This document shows, piece by piece, positions 1 to 12,029 of a DNA stretch of 64,000 nucleotides (the first letter of the stretch is position 1; the number at the start of each line of letters is the position of its first letter). The translations under genes and the position numbers were made by a program. The DNA comes from Blastocatellales bacterium. Its GTDB lineage: Bacteria; Acidobacteriota; Blastocatellia; RBC074. The notes beneath the pieces are model-generated. The model had not been told where the DNA came from. It worked only from the letters and a program-made list of their open reading frames with translations, and did no database searches. Location: positions 27,574 to 91,573 of the forward strand of contig JBFWXQ010000001.1 of assembly GCA_050187295.1 (NCBI GenBank). The letters run 5' to 3'.

Positions 1-3000
1 GGGGGGCTTTTCCGGCACCACTAATGTCAGCGTCGGCTCGGCCCCTCTGTCCGTAGCCATCGGGGATTTCAATGGTGATGGCAAGCAGGATTTCGCCACC
101 GCCAACGAGAGCTCAAACAATGTCTCAATCCGTATGGGGATATGCACCATACTGACGTTGAACAACTATCCGAACGCGACGGTCGCACTGGGCGGCTCAA
201 CGATCGTCACGCCGGATGCCGTGCCGCAGAATGCGACCAGCATACAGGTGGCGACCAACACAAATTTCAAGGGGACGTTTGCGGCCGATCCGGCGACAGG
301 CATCGTGCAGGTGACGAATGCGCATCCGGTCGGGACATATCCGGTGACGGTGACGGCGTTCAACGGTACGCAGAGCCTGCAGAAAACCTTCACGCTGATG
401 GTGCAGCCCGGCCCCGCCTGTAACGCCACGACCATCTTTACCGGCACGACCACTGTGGGCGTCGGCTCGGATCCTCAATCCCTGGCCATCGGAGATTTCA
501 ATGGGGACGGCAAACAGGATGTCGCCGTCGCGAACTCTGGCTCCGGCAATGTCTCAATCCGGCTGGGGGATGGGCTGGGGGGCTTCACCGGCACGACCAC
601 TGTGGGCGTCGGCTCGGGTCCTGCCTCCGTGGCCATCGGGGATTTCAATGGGGATGGCAAGCAGGATTTCGCCGTCGCCAACTCTGGCTCCAACAATGTC
701 TCAATCCGGCTGGGGGATGGGATGGGTGGCTTCTCCGGCACCACCAATGTGGGCGTCAGCACGAATCCCACTTCCGTGACCATCGGGGATTTCAATGGGG
801 ATGGCAAGCAGGATTTCGCCGTCGCCAACATTGGCTCCAGCAATGTCTCGATCCGGCTGGGGGATGGGCTGGGGGGCTTCTCCGGTTCAACCAATGTGAG
901 TGTCGGCACGAATCCTCGTTCTGTGGCCATCGGGGATTTCAATGGTGACGGCAAGCAGGATTTCGCCGCCGCCAACTTTGGCTCCAACACAGTCTCGATC
1001 CGGCTGGGTGATGGGATGGGTGGGTTCTCAGGTACGACCACCGTGGCCGTCGGCATACAGCCTATTTCCGTGGCCATCGGGGATTTCAATGGGGATGGCA
1101 AACAGGATTTCGCCGCCGTCAACCTTAATAACGCCAATGTCTCAATCCGGCTGGGGGATGGGATTGGTGGCTTTTCCGGTACAACCAATGTGGGTGTCAA
1201 CACTAATCCTTCTTCAGTGGCCATCGGGGATTTCAATGGTGACGGCAAGCAGGATTTCGCCGCCACCAACCTTAACTCCGCCACGGTCTCGATCCGGCTG
1301 GGGGATGGGATGGGGGGCTTCTCCGGCACGACTAATGTCAGCGTTGGCTCGTTACCTCAGACCGTGGCCATCGGGGATTTCAATGGGGATGGCCGCCAGG
1401 ATTTCGCCACCGCCAACCAGGGTTCCAGCAATGTCTCGATCCGGCTGGGAGGCTGCGATCTGCCACCGACGCTCATGCCCACGGGCCTTACGCTCACCGC
1501 AGGCCAAACCGCCAGCGCCGCGAATATTGCCACCGCCGCCGATGCTGAAGATACCCTTAACACACTGCAACTCGCGATCAGCGGCGACGGCATGACCTTC
1601 GGCAATACGGCCACGCTCAACGGTGTGACCGTCACGCTGACCGACAGCAACGCGGGCGCGACAGGCGTCAATCCCGATGCGATGGGACAGGTCCTGGCCG
1701 ATGTCGCCACGACCTGCACAGCCACGAATGCAACCTTCAAACTGCGCGTCACCGACAGCCGTGGACAAACCGACACCAAAGACTTCACCCTGAATACTCC
1801 ACATGTGGGCATCACGCTCGGCGCCAGTCCGACGGTTGGGCAGGGGACAACCAGCGCAAATTTACCTTACACGGCCACCACCGGCAGCCCGAATCAATAT
1901 AGCATTGACTACGATGCCGCTGCCGAAAGCGCGGGCTTCGTGGATGTGACGAATGCCGCCTTGCCGTCTTCGCCCATCGGGCTGGTGGTGCCGGCAGCGG
2001 CTCCGTTGGCAAGCTACAACGGGACGCTCACCGTCCGGGATGGCACGACAGGTTGCATCGGCAGCAGCATCCCCTTCACTGTGACGGTCATCGTTCCGCC
2101 GATCCTGGGCGACTATGCGAATGCGACGGTCACGCTGGGCGGCTCCACAACCGTTACGCCGGATGCCGCGCCACAGAATGCGACCAGCATACAGGTGGCA
2201 ACCAATACAAATTTCAAGGGGACATTCGCGGCGGATCCGGCGACAGGCGTCGTGCGGGTGACGAATGCGCATCCGGTCGGGACGTACGCGGTGACGGTGA
2301 CGGCATTCAATGGCACGGTGAGCACGCAAAAAAACTTCACGCTGACGGTGCAGCCCGGCCCCGCCTGTAACGCAACGACTATCTTCACCGGCACGACCGA
2401 TGTGGGTGTCGGCTCGTTACCACGTTCCGTAGCCATCGGGGATTTCAATGGCGATGGCAAACAGGATTTCGCCACCGCCAACTCTGGTTCCAACAATGTC
2501 TCGATCCGGCTGGGGGATGGGATGGGAGGATTCTCCGGCACGACCAATGTGGGTGTCGGAGCGGCTCCTTATTCCGTGGCCGTCGGAGATTTCAATGGGG
2601 ATGGCAAACAGGATTTCGCCGTTGCCAACATTGACTCCGCCAATGTCTCGATCCGGCTGGGGGATGGGCTGGGGGGCTTTTCCGGCACCACCAATGTCAG
2701 CGTCGGCTCGGCCCCTCTGTCTGTGGCCATCGGGGATTTCAATGGTGATGGCAAGCAGGATTTCGCCACCGCCAACCTCCTCTCCGCCAATGTCTCGATC
2801 CGGCTGGGGGATGGGCTGGGGGGCTTTTCCGGCACGACCAGTGTGGGCGTCGGCTCGGGTCCATATTCCGTGGCCATCGGGGATTTCAATGGGGATGGCA
2901 AGCAGGATTTCGTCACCGCCAACTCTGGCTCCGCCAATGTGTCGATCCGGCTGGGGGATGGGCTGGGGGGCTTTTTCGGCACGACCAATGTGGGGGTTGG

Positions 3001-6000
3001 ATTGACTCCTGTATCCGTTGCCATCGGAGATTTCAATGGTGATGGCAAGCTGGATTTCGCCGTTGCCAACATTGACTCCGCCAATGTGTCGATCCGGCTG
3101 GGGGATGGGCTGGGCGGCTTTTCCGGCACGACCGAGGTCAGTGTCGGCTCGGGTCCTTATTCCGTTGCCATCGGAGATTTCAATGGTGATGGCAAGCAGG
3201 ATTTCGCCGCCGCCAACTATTTCTCCGACACGGTCTCGATCCGGCTGGGGGATGGGATGGGCGGCTTTTCCGGCACGACCAATGTGGGTGTCGGCTCGGG
3301 CCCTGTTTCCGTGGCCATCGGTGATTTCAATGGGGATGGCAAACAGGATTTCGCCACCGCCAACAATTTATCCAACACGGTCTTGATCCGGCTGGGAGGC
3401 TGCGATCTGCCACCGACGATCACGCCCACGGGTCTTACGCTCACCGCGGGCCAAACCGCCAGCGCCGCGAATATTGCCACCGCCGCCGATGCTGAAGATA
3501 CCCTTAACACACTGCAACTCGCGATCAGCGGCGACGGCATGACCTTCGGCAATACGGCCACGCTCAACGGTGTGACCGTCACGCTGACCGACAGCAACGC
3601 GGGCGCGACAGGCGTCAATCCCGATGCGATGGGACAGGTCCTGGCCGATGTCGCCACGACCTGCACAGCCACGAATGCAACCTTCAAACTGCGCGTCACC
3701 GACAGCCGTGGACAAACCGACACCAAAGACTTCACCCTGAATACTCCACATGTGGGCATCACGCTCGGCGCCAGTCCGACGGTTGGGCAGGGGACAACCA
3801 GCGCAAATTTACCTTACACGGCCACCACCGGCAGCCCGAATCAATATAGCATTGACTACGATGCCGCCGCCGAAAGCGCGGGCTTCGTGGATGTCGGCGT
3901 GACCGTGCTGCCCGCCTCGCCCATCGGGCTGGTGGTGCCGGCAGCGGCTCCGTTGGCAAGCTACAACGGGACGCTCACCGTCCGGGATGGCACGACAGGT
4001 TGCATCGGCAGCAGCATCCCCTTCACTGTGACGGTCATTGTTCCGCCGATCCTGGGCGACTATGCGAATGCGACGGTGACGCTGGGCGGCTCCGCGACCG
4101 TCACGCCGAATGCCGCGCCGCTGAATACGACCAGCATCCAGGTTGCGACCAATACGAATTTCAAGGGGACGTTCGCGGCGGATCCGGCGACAGGCGTCGT
4201 GCGGGTGACGAATGCGCATCCGGTCGGGACGTACGCGGTGACGGTGGCGGCGTTTAATGGCACGGTGAGAACGCAAAAAAACTTCACGCTGACGGTGCAG
4301 CCCGGCCCCGCTTGTAACGCAACGACTATCTTCACCGGCACGACCAATGTGGGCGTCGGCTCGTTACCACAATCCGTAGCCATCGGGGATTTCAATGGCG
4401 ATGGCAAACAGGATGTCGCCGTTGCGAACTCTGGTTCCGCCACGGTCTCGATTCGGCTGGGGGATGGGCTGGGCGGCTTCTCCGGCACGACCAACGTGGG
4501 TGTCGGCACGACTCCTGTTTCCGTGGCCATCGGAGATTTCAATGGGGATGGCAAACAGGATTTCGCCACCGCCAACTCCGGCTCCGCCAATGTCTCGATC
4601 CGGCTGGGGGATGGGCTGGGCGGATTCTCCGGCACGACCAATGTGGGTGTCGGAGCGGTTCCTTATTCCGTGGCCATCGGGGATTTCAACGGGGATGGCA
4701 AACAGGATGTCGCCACCGCCAACCGCGGTTCCAACAATGTCTCGATCCGGCTGGGGGATGGGCTGGGCGGTTTCTTCGGCACGACCAATGTTGGCGTCGG
4801 CTTGTTCCCTCGTTCCGTGGCCATCGGGGATTTCAATGGGGATGGCAAGCAGGATTTCGCCGCCGCCAACCAGGCCTTCAACACGGTCTCGATCCGGCTG
4901 GGGGATGGGATGGGCGGCTTTTCCGGCTCGACCGAGGTAAGTGTCGGCGCGAATATTTTTTCCGTGGCGATCGGAGATTTCAATGGGGATGGCAAGCAGG
5001 ATTTCGCCACCAACAACTTTGATTCCAACACAGTCTCGATCCGGCTGGGGGATGGGATGGGCGGATTTTCCGGCACGACCGATGTGGGCGTCGGCTCAAG
5101 ACCTTATTCCGTGGCCATCGGAGATTTCAATGGGGATGGCAAGCAGGATTTCGCCGCCGCCAACTCTAACTCCGCTAATGTCTCGATCCGGCTGGGGGAT
5201 GGGATGGGCGGCTTCTCCGGGACGACCAGTGTGGGCGTCGGCATGAGTCCTCGATTCGTGGCTATCGGGGATTTCAATGGGGATGGCTGGCAGGATTTCG
5301 CCGCTCCCAACCAGGATTCCAACACAGTCTCGATCCGTCTGGGAGGCTGCGGTATGCCGCCGACGATCTCGCCCACTGGCCTGACGCTTACCGCAGGCCA
5401 AACTGTCAGCGCTGCGACAATTGGCAATACCGCCGATGCTGAAGATGCGCTCAATACTCTGCAACTCGCCATCAGCAGCGATGGCATGACCTTCGGCAAT
5501 ACGGCCACGCTCAACGGCATGACCGTCACCCTGACCGACAGCAATGGGGGCGCGACAGGCATCAATCCCAATGCAATGGGGCAGGTCATCGCCGATGCCA
5601 GCGCGTCCCTGACGGCGACCGACGCAACATTCAAACTGCGCGTCACCGATAGCAGTGGACTAACCGACATCCAGAACTTCTCCGTGACGATCAATTGCCC
5701 GACGATCACCGTCACCCCAGCAACGGCAGCGAATGGCTTCGTAGGAACGGCTTATTCGCAAACCTTCACGCAGACGGGCGGCAACGGAGCAATTACCTGG
5801 AGCAGCACCGGAACCCTGCCTGATGGATTGACGCTCGATCCTTCAACCGGCGAGTTGGCTGGTACGCCCACGGCTGTCGGCGCGTTCACTTTCACCGTTC
5901 GCGCCACAGACCAGAACAACTGCTTTGGCGAGACCCAATACACCGTCGTCATCAGCGGCAACGGATTGATGTATTACCCGCTGCCCAGGCCGATCAGGTT

Positions 6001-7186
6001 GTTTGACACTCGCGCACCGATTCCGGGATTCCCGGCTTGCGAGTATTTGAGCCAGCCGCTGGTGGCCAATGGCGAACTTGTCAAAAACGCTCGGATAACC
6101 TGCGACAGCATCACCATTCCGGCCAACGCCGCCGCCATCGTGGGCAATGCCACGGTCATCACTCCTGCCACTGCTGGTTTCATAACCTTGTGGCCGGATG
6201 GACAGGCGCGGCCTCCGGTCTCGAATCTGAACTTCACTGCGGGTCAGGTCGTCCCGAATGCTTTCACCGTCGGTTTGAGCATCACCGGCACCGGCAATTT
6301 CAGAATTTACTCCACCTCAGACACAGACTTCGCTGTGGACGTGACCGGATACTTCGCGCCGCCATCACCCAGCGGTTTGTATTACCACCCATTGCCGAGG
6401 CCGATTCGCTTGTTCGACACACGCGCAGCCATTCCGGGCTTCCCGGCTTGCGAGTATTTGAATCAACCGCTGGTCGGGGGCGGCGAATTGTCCAAGCAGG
6501 CTCAAATCACCTGCGACGGCATCACCATCCCAGCCGACGCAATGGCCATCGTCGGCAACGCTACGGTTGTTACGCCTTCCGGCAATGGTTTCATCACGTT
6601 GTGGCCGGATGGGCAGTCGCGTCCTCCGGTCTCGAATCTGAACTTCGTGACCGGGCAGGTTGTTCCGAACGCCTTCACAGTAGGTCTGGGAGTCAGTGGC
6701 GAATTCCGTACGTTCTCGTCTTCAAATGCTGACTTCATCGTGGACATCACGGGTTATTACAGCCCTTCGCCGACCGACGCTAACGGAGCGGGTTTGCTGT
6801 ATTCACCGCTGACAAAACCGATTCGTTTGTTTGACACGCGAGCGACGATTCCAGGCTTCCCGGCCTGCGAGTATCTGAATCAACCGCTCATCGCTAACGG
6901 CGAACTCGTTAAGTCTGCGCACACGACCTGCGACAACATCACGATTCCTGCGACTGCGGCCGCTATCGTCGGCAACGCGACAGTGGTTTCGCCCGCAGCG
7001 AACGGCTTTATCACGCTGTGGCCTGACGGACAATCACGGCCTCCGGTGTCGAATCTGAATTATCTGGCGGGGCAGGTAGTCCCGAACGCTTTCACCGTAG
7101 GGTTGAACGTGGGTGGGAGCTTCCGCATCTACAGCTTCGCCGGTATGGATTTCATAGTGGATATCACCGGATTCTTCGCTCCGTAA
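1..7186 (+). CDS. Giant secreted repeat protein, 5'-truncated at the window edge. Three blocks of ~7 FG-GAP-like repeats alternate with a ~320-aa 'GGCDLPPT…' module and an Ig-like module, followed by a putative Ig domain and three ~140-aa C-terminal repeats.
   Basis: Frame 2 is open from nt 2, so the M at 134 is internal. The unit 'GGFSGTTNVGVG..P.SVAIGDFNGDGKQDFA.AN..S.NVSIRLGDG' recurs more than 24 times. The motif 'TGGNGAITWSSTGTLPDGLTLDPSTGELAGTP' is Ig-like. Three repeats begin 'YYPLPRPIRLFDTRA.IPGFPACEYL'. The ORF runs 134..7186 and stops at TAA 7184-7186. Confidence 0.8.
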   Translation, partial: GGFSGTTNVSVGSAPLSVAIGDFNGDGKQDFATANESSNNVSIRMGICTILTLNNYPNATVALGGSTIVTPDAVPQNATSIQVATNTNFKGTFAADPATGIVQVTNAHPVGTYPVTVTAFNGTQSLQKTFTLMVQPGPACNATTIFTGTTTVGVGSDPQSLAIGDFNGDGKQDVAVANSGSGNVSIRLGDGLGGFTGTTTVGVGSGPASVAIGDFNGDGKQDFAVANSGSNNVSIRLGDGMGGFSGTTNVGVSTNPTSVTIGDFNGDGKQDFAVANIGSSNVSIRLGDGLGGFSGSTNVSVGTNPRSVAIGDFNGDGKQDFAAANFGSNTVSIRLGDGMGGFSGTTTVAVGIQPISVAIGDFNGDGKQDFAAVNLNNANVSIRLGDGIGGFSGTTNVGVNTNPSSVAIGDFNGDGKQDFAATNLNSATVSIRLGDGMGGFSGTTNVSVGSLPQTVAIGDFNGDGRQDFATANQGSSNVSIRLGGCDLPPTLMPTGLTLTAGQTASAANIATAADAEDTLNTLQLAISGDGMTFGNTATLNGVTVTLTDSNAGATGVNPDAMGQVLADVATTCTATNATFKLRVTDSRGQTDTKDFTLNTPHVGITLGASPTVGQGTTSANLPYTATTGSPNQYSIDYDAAAESAGFVDVTNAALPSSPIGLVVPAAAPLASYNGTLTVRDGTTGCIGSSIPFTVTVIVPPILGDYANATVTLGGSTTVTPDAAPQNATSIQVATNTNFKGTFAADPATGVVRVTNAHPVGTYAVTVTAFNGTVSTQKNFTLTVQPGPACNATTIFTGTTDVGVGSLPRSVAIGDFNGDGKQDFATANSGSNNVSIRLGDGMGGFSGTTNVGVGAAPYSVAVGDFNGDGKQDFAVANIDSANVSIRLGDGLGGFSGTTNVSVGSAPLSVAIGDFNGDGKQDFATANLLSANVSIRLGDGLGGFSGTTSVGVGSGPYSVAIGDFNGDGKQDFVTANSGSANVSIRLGDGLGGFFGTTNVGVGLTPVSVAIGDFNGDGKLDFAVANIDSANVSIRLGDGLGGFSGTTEVSVGSGPYSVAIGDFNGDGKQDFAAANYFSDTVSIRLGDGMGGFSGTTNVGVGSGPVSVAIGDFNGDGKQDFATANNLSNTVLIRLGGCDLPPTITPTGLTLTAGQTASAANIATAADAEDTLNTLQLAISGDGMTFGNTATLNGVTVTLTDSNAGATGVNPDAMGQVLADVATTCTATNATFKLRVTDSRGQTDTKDFTLNTPHVGITLGASPTVGQGTTSANLPYTATTGSPNQYSIDYDAAAESAGFVDVGVTVLPASPIGLVVPAAAPLASYNGTLTVRDGTTGCIGSSIPFTVTVIVPPILGDYANATVTLGGSATVTPNAAPLNTTSIQVATNTNFKGTFAADPATGVVRVTNAHPVGTYAVTVAAFNGTVRTQKNFTLTVQPGPACNATTIFTGTTNVGVGSLPQSVAIGDFNGDGKQDVAVANSGSATVSIRLGDGLGGFSGTTNVGVGTTPVSVAIGDFNGDGKQDFATANSGSANVSIRLGDGLGGFSGTTNVGVGAVPYSVAIGDFNGDGKQDVATANRGSNNVSIRLGDGLGGFFGTTNVGVGLFPRSVAIGDFNGDGKQDFAAANQAFNTVSIRLGDGMGGFSGSTEVSVGANIFSVAIGDFNGDGKQDFATNNFDSNTVSIRLGDGMGGFSGTTDVGVGSRPYSVAIGDFNGDGKQDFAAANSNSANVSIRLGDGMGGFSGTTSVGVGMSPRFVAIGDFNGDGWQDFAAPNQDSNTVSIRLGGCGMPPTISPTGLTLTAGQTVSAATIGNTADAEDALNTLQLAISSDGMTFGNTATLNGMTVTLTDSNGGATGINPNAMGQVIADASASLTATDATFKLRVTDSSGLTDIQNFSVTINCPTITVTPATAANGFVGTAYSQTFTQTGGNGAITWSSTGTLPDGLTLDPSTGELAGTPTAVGAFTFTVRATDQNNCFGETQYTVVISGNGLMYYPLPRPIRLFDTRAPIPGFPACEYLSQPLVANGELVKNARITCDSITIPANAAAIVGNATVITPATAGFITLWPDGQARPPVSNLNFTAGQVVPNAFTVGLSITGTGNFRIYSTSDTDFAVDVTGYFAPPSPSGLYYHPLPRPIRLFDTRAAIPGFPACEYLNQPLVGGGELSKQAQITCDGITIPADAMAIVGNATVVTPSGNGFITLWPDGQSRPPVSNLNFVTGQVVPNAFTVGLGVSGEFRTFSSSNADFIVDITGYYSPSPTDANGAGLLYSPLTKPIRLFDTRATIPGFPACEYLNQPLIANGELVKSAHTTCDNITIPATAAAIVGNATVVSPAANGFITLWPDGQSRPPVSNLNYLAGQVVPNAFTVGLNVGGSFRIYSFAGMDFIVDITGFFAP

Positions 7187-7212
7187 GAAAACGGTTCATC
7201 CATAACTGAAAT

Positions 7213-7267
7213 ATCCCGCGACAAGGCAACAATATGGTTTCGATTTCCTTGTCGCGGGATTTTTTGT
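7213..7267. terminator. Rho-independent terminator hairpin, bidirectional between the giant gene and sdhB
   Basis: Perfect 14-bp stem ATCCCGCGACAAGG (7213-7226) pairs with CCTTGTCGCGGGAT (7247-7260), followed by TTTTTT at 7261-7266. Confidence 0.6.
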
Positions 7268-7297
7268 CGGGAATGCGACTTCCTTTGTATCTCAGGT

Positions 7298-8050
7298 TCA
7301 ACTCAGCTTGCTTGTCAGCACTGCTTTCAAATAGAGACGATTCATGCGGGCGATGTTGTCGAGAGTGATTTCTTTCGGGCAGGCGGCTTCGCACGAACCT
7401 ATATTTGTGCAATTGCCGAAGCCTTCGGCGTCCATTTGCGCGACCATATTCAGCACGCGGCGAGTTTCCTCGACTTTGCCTTGCGGCATCAGGCTCAGGT
7501 GAGAAATCTTGGCTGATACGAACAGCATTGCCGAGGCGTTCTTGCATGCGGCGACGCAGGCTCCGCAGCCGATGCAGGCGGCGGCGTCAAAGGCCTTGTC
7601 AGCGTCATCCTTTGGAATTGGAATGGCGTTGCCGTCGGGCGCTCCTCCGGTTGAAACCGAAACGTATCCGCCGGATTGGATGATGCGGTCGAAAGCGCTG
7701 CGGTCAACGACCAGGTCTTTGATGACGGGAAACGGAGCCGCACGCCAGGGTTCGATGGTGATGGTGTCACCGTCTTTGAAGGATCGCATGTGAAGCTGGC
7801 AGGATGTCGTCGCTTTCAACGGGCCGTGCGGAGTTCCGTTGATGACCAGAGAGCACATTCCGCAAATGCCTTCACGGCAATCGTGGTCAAATGCAATCTG
7901 TTCTTCCCCTCGTTTGATCAATTCCTCATTGACGACATCAAGCATTTCCAGAAATGACATATCCTCACTGATGTCTTTGGCTTCGTAAGTGACAAATTGT
8001 CCTGGTGTGTTGGAATTCTTTTGCCGCCAGACACGTAGTGTCAGGTTCAT
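7298..8050 (-). CDS. sdhB: Succinate dehydrogenase/fumarate reductase iron-sulfur subunit
   Basis: Cys motifs '[10 protein letters not shown]' (2Fe-2S), '[12 protein letters not shown]' and '[12 protein letters not shown]' ([4Fe-4S] and [3Fe-4S]). Start chosen at MNLTLRV (ATG 8050-8048) with a GAGGAG RBS upstream; the ORF-track start at 8125 has no RBS. Confidence 0.85.
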   Translation of the reverse strand: MNLTLRVWRQKNSNTPGQFVTYEAKDISEDMSFLEMLDVVNEELIKRGEEQIAFDHDCREGICGMCSLVINGTPHGPLKATTSCQLHMRSFKDGDTITIEPWRAAPFPVIKDLVVDRSAFDRIIQSGGYVSVSTGGAPDGNAIPIPKDDADKAFDAAACIGCGACVAACKNASAMLFVSAKISHLSLMPQGKVEETRRVLNMVAQMDAEGFGNCTNIGSCEAACPKEITLDNIARMNRLYLKAVLTSKLS

Positions 8051-8152
8051 TGATGTTTCTCCTCGAAATAACCAATCAAGCAACAGACGACCGATCGCTT
8101 TCACAAGCAAGTCTAGGGTTTTCACGACCGGCCGCCGGTTGCTAGCTCAAAA

Positions 8153-10075
<1,923 letters not shown>

Positions 10076-10089
10076 AGCTTATTGATTAA

Positions 10090-10806
10090 TCATTTGATGA
10101 CGCCAGCCAATATCGCCAACGGAATAGCGCAATTACCGGCAAATAATATGAGCGCTGCTCCTTTCGCAAATTTGTCAAAAACGTTGAAAGTTTTTTTGCT
10201 TCGCAATCCCAGCGATTGAAACAGGCTGCTGACGCCATGGCTCAAATGAAGCAGCAGCAATCCCATTGAGACGATGTAAAAAATCGAAACCGCCGGATTG
10301 GAAAATCCCGTGATTACCATTCGATAAACATCGTGTCGCCCCTGCGCGTCTTCAAGCCGAAGCAGGGCGGGATCAACGACTCCGACCGTGTAATGCGCCA
10401 GGTGAAAGATAATGAACGCTAGAATGATCAAACCGCTGATGAGAATCGTCCGGTTGGCAAATGAGGATGCGACCGGTTTGGAGTTTGCGTAGGCAACCGG
10501 CCTGGCTTGGCGGTTGATCTTTGACAATTGCACCGCGGATACGATGTGCAGGCTGACAATTGCCAGCAAACTCAGTCGCGCTCCCCACAAAATGAGAGGG
10601 TTTGATTTCAATGTTGCTGCATATGAGTTGATGGCGTCCGGGCCAATGAAGACCTGAAGATTGCCGAGCATATGGATGATCACAAAGCCAAACAACCCGA
10701 GTCCGGTCACAGCCATGATGTACTTCTTGCCAAGAGAAGACTGCCAGATACGCATCAATATGCCTGCCGACGATAATTTCTGCAGACGTTCAGCCGAAGC
10801 CGCCAT
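10090..10806 (-). CDS. sdhC: Succinate dehydrogenase cytochrome b558 membrane anchor (type B, single large anchor)
   Basis: 238-aa polytopic membrane protein directly upstream of sdhA. Helix-embedded His residues are positioned as in B. subtilis SdhC. GGAGG RBS sits 4-5 nt before the ATG. Confidence 0.6.
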   Translation of the reverse strand: MAASAERLQKLSSAGILMRIWQSSLGKKYIMAVTGLGLFGFVIIHMLGNLQVFIGPDAINSYAATLKSNPLILWGARLSLLAIVSLHIVSAVQLSKINRQARPVAYANSKPVASSFANRTILISGLIILAFIIFHLAHYTVGVVDPALLRLEDAQGRHDVYRMVITGFSNPAVSIFYIVSMGLLLLHLSHGVSSLFQSLGLRSKKTFNVFDKFAKGAALILFAGNCAIPLAILAGVIK

Positions 10807-10927
10807 CTTGCCTCCATAAATTTTTAGTTTTGTTGGGTGTACTACCTGTCGTTGGTAGCGCGGAAAATATCAGTCTTGACCGGATAAGTAAAATGCAAAA
10901 AGCTTATACTGAAGATAAGGCAAACTT

Positions 10928-11818
10928 ATGCACATCGAAACACTGAAGACATTTTGCGACCTGGTTGAAACGGGCAGCTTTTCCAGGGCTGCGGCGCTGA
11001 ATTTCGTTTCTCAATCCGCGGTCAGCCAGCAGATCAAATCACTGGAGCAGCGATTTGACCTGCAAATGATCGAGCGCAGTCAACGTAACAACGTCGTGCC
11101 GACTGAGGCAGGGAAGATACTGTATGCCGAATTCAAAGAGATAGTTGAGCGCTACCTGGCGCTTGAACTTCGTTTGCGCGCGAAATCGGAGGTTGTCAGC
11201 GGGACCATTCGCGTGGCGACAGTTTACAGCATTGGGTTGCATGAGTTGCCGCCTCACGTGAAAGCGTTTATGAAAGCGCATCCGCAGGTTAGAGTTCACA
11301 TCGAATACAGCCGAACTGACAAGGTTTATGAAGCATGCCTGAACAACACCATTGATTTCGGCATCGTTGCCTTGCCATTGAGGATGCCGAATCTGGCCGT
11401 CATACCAATGCGCAACGACAAACTGGTCGTAGTCTGCAATCCTGAACACGCTTTGGCTCAGCGCAGAAAACGAATCAGCATCAAGCAATTGACCGGGATG
11501 GAATTTGTCGCCTTCGAACGAGACATTCCGACTCGCAAAACAATTGACCGCATATTGAAGCAACATAAAGTTGCCGTAAATTACGCCATGGAATTTGACA
11601 ACATCGAAACGATCAAACGTTCGGTCGAAGTCGGCGTCGGTCTTTCGATCCTGCCAGAAACCGCAGTGGTCAATGAAGTTCGCAGCCGGTCGCTGGTTTC
11701 ACTGGAATTCAGCGAAGGTACTTTCACCCGCGCCATTGGCATCATTCATCGCAAGGGCAAGGTTTTCAGCGCCGCGGTCAGAGAATTCCTGAATCTGTTG
11801 ACGGCGGAACAAAGCTGA
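10928..11818 (+). CDS. LysR-family transcriptional regulator, divergent from sdhCAB and upstream of frdABCD
   Basis: N-terminal HTH '[23 protein letters not shown]'; C-terminal LysR substrate-binding fold; 296 aa. Confidence 0.85.
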   Translation: MHIETLKTFCDLVETGSFSRAAALNFVSQSAVSQQIKSLEQRFDLQMIERSQRNNVVPTEAGKILYAEFKEIVERYLALELRLRAKSEVVSGTIRVATVYSIGLHELPPHVKAFMKAHPQVRVHIEYSRTDKVYEACLNNTIDFGIVALPLRMPNLAVIPMRNDKLVVVCNPEHALAQRRKRISIKQLTGMEFVAFERDIPTRKTIDRILKQHKVAVNYAMEFDNIETIKRSVEVGVGLSILPETAVVNEVRSRSLVSLEFSEGTFTRAIGIIHRKGKVFSAAVREFLNLLTAEQS

Positions 11819-12029
11819 CAGAGTTTTTCCATTCAATTCCGAGCTACAAATTTGTTTGAGTTTTTATGAGGCCGGTGTTAGTCTGCGCGACGTCAACATA
11901 TTGATATTTCTTTCATTCATCACTTTCTTTACATCATAATTTTTCATCAACGCAGCGCCGGAGCGCAGCCTTTTTGCTTCCGGCAATCATCGTTACTTTG
12001 ACACTAACAACGGTTTCAGGTGACAAGAT

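Noticed and set aside
1-5400. Highly periodic ~180-nt direct repeats, considered as a possible CRISPR array or satellite
   Set aside because: The repeats are in-frame coding FG-GAP units with variable 'spacers' that are also coding. No cas genes are present and the unit length and structure are wrong for CRISPR.
475-5715. Numerous long minus-strand and alternate-frame ORFs (for example 475..1329, 2569..3129, 4060..4641, 5104..5715) inside the giant repeat gene
   Set aside because: These are shadow ORFs produced by GC-rich, codon-biased tandem repeats. Their products are repetitive mirror-image peptides, they lack an RBS, and they fully overlap a well-supported gene.
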